Made by a program: the position numbers and the translations under genes | Assembly: GCA_035430005.1 (NCBI GenBank) | Contig: DAOMFV010000002.1 | Coordinates: 27,283 to 91,282, forward strand | Source: Gemmatales bacterium | GTDB taxonomy: Bacteria; Planctomycetota; Planctomycetia; Gemmatales; HRBIN36 | Reading direction: 5' to 3' | DNA length: 64,000 nucleotides | Notes under the pieces: generated by a model | What the model saw: only the letters and a program-made list of their open reading frames with translations | What the model was told of the DNA's origin: nothing | The model's database searches: none | Part shown: piece by piece, positions 64,000 to 64,000 of the stretch | Layout of the letters: every line of letters begins with the position of its first letter | Numbering within the stretch: position 1 is the first letter of the stretch

Positions 64000-64000
64000 G

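Overview
Bacterial accessory region, probably from a planctomycete (inferred from an LEDRxxLS-type extracellular protein, a CsrA-like protein and the ECF/STAS content). It carries a sugar/osmolyte-type operon (GMC, VOC, aquaporin, SDR, GH63, debranching enzyme), two sigma-54 activator modules, ECF sigma/anti-sigma pairs, an NhaR-CsrA-HPF block, arsR-arsD-arsA, an RND pump with sulfur/redox genes, a tRNA-Val 3' fragment that looks like an island attachment site, and kynurenine-pathway genes. Main result: the ORF track splits or misses seven genes between 25.7 and 51.5 kb, each at a single in-frame TGA. Five of these TGAs sit in thioredoxin-like UxxC/CxxU motifs, and one of the five has a Cys-encoding paralog in the same window. 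Six are followed by a short hairpin with a G-containing loop about 21-29 nt downstream (GGUC in four, as in the E. coli fdhF SECIS). I read this as a dense selenoprotein cluster that includes two non-thioredoxin candidates: a 78-aa membrane protein and a class I SAM methyltransferase. No selA/selB/selC/selD genes are visible in the window, so Sec decoding is inferred, not shown. Four copies of a GTAACC-N14-G(C/G)ATC ECF-type promoter link two distant divergent operon pairs. Several single-base frameshifts at short homopolymers may be assembly errors.
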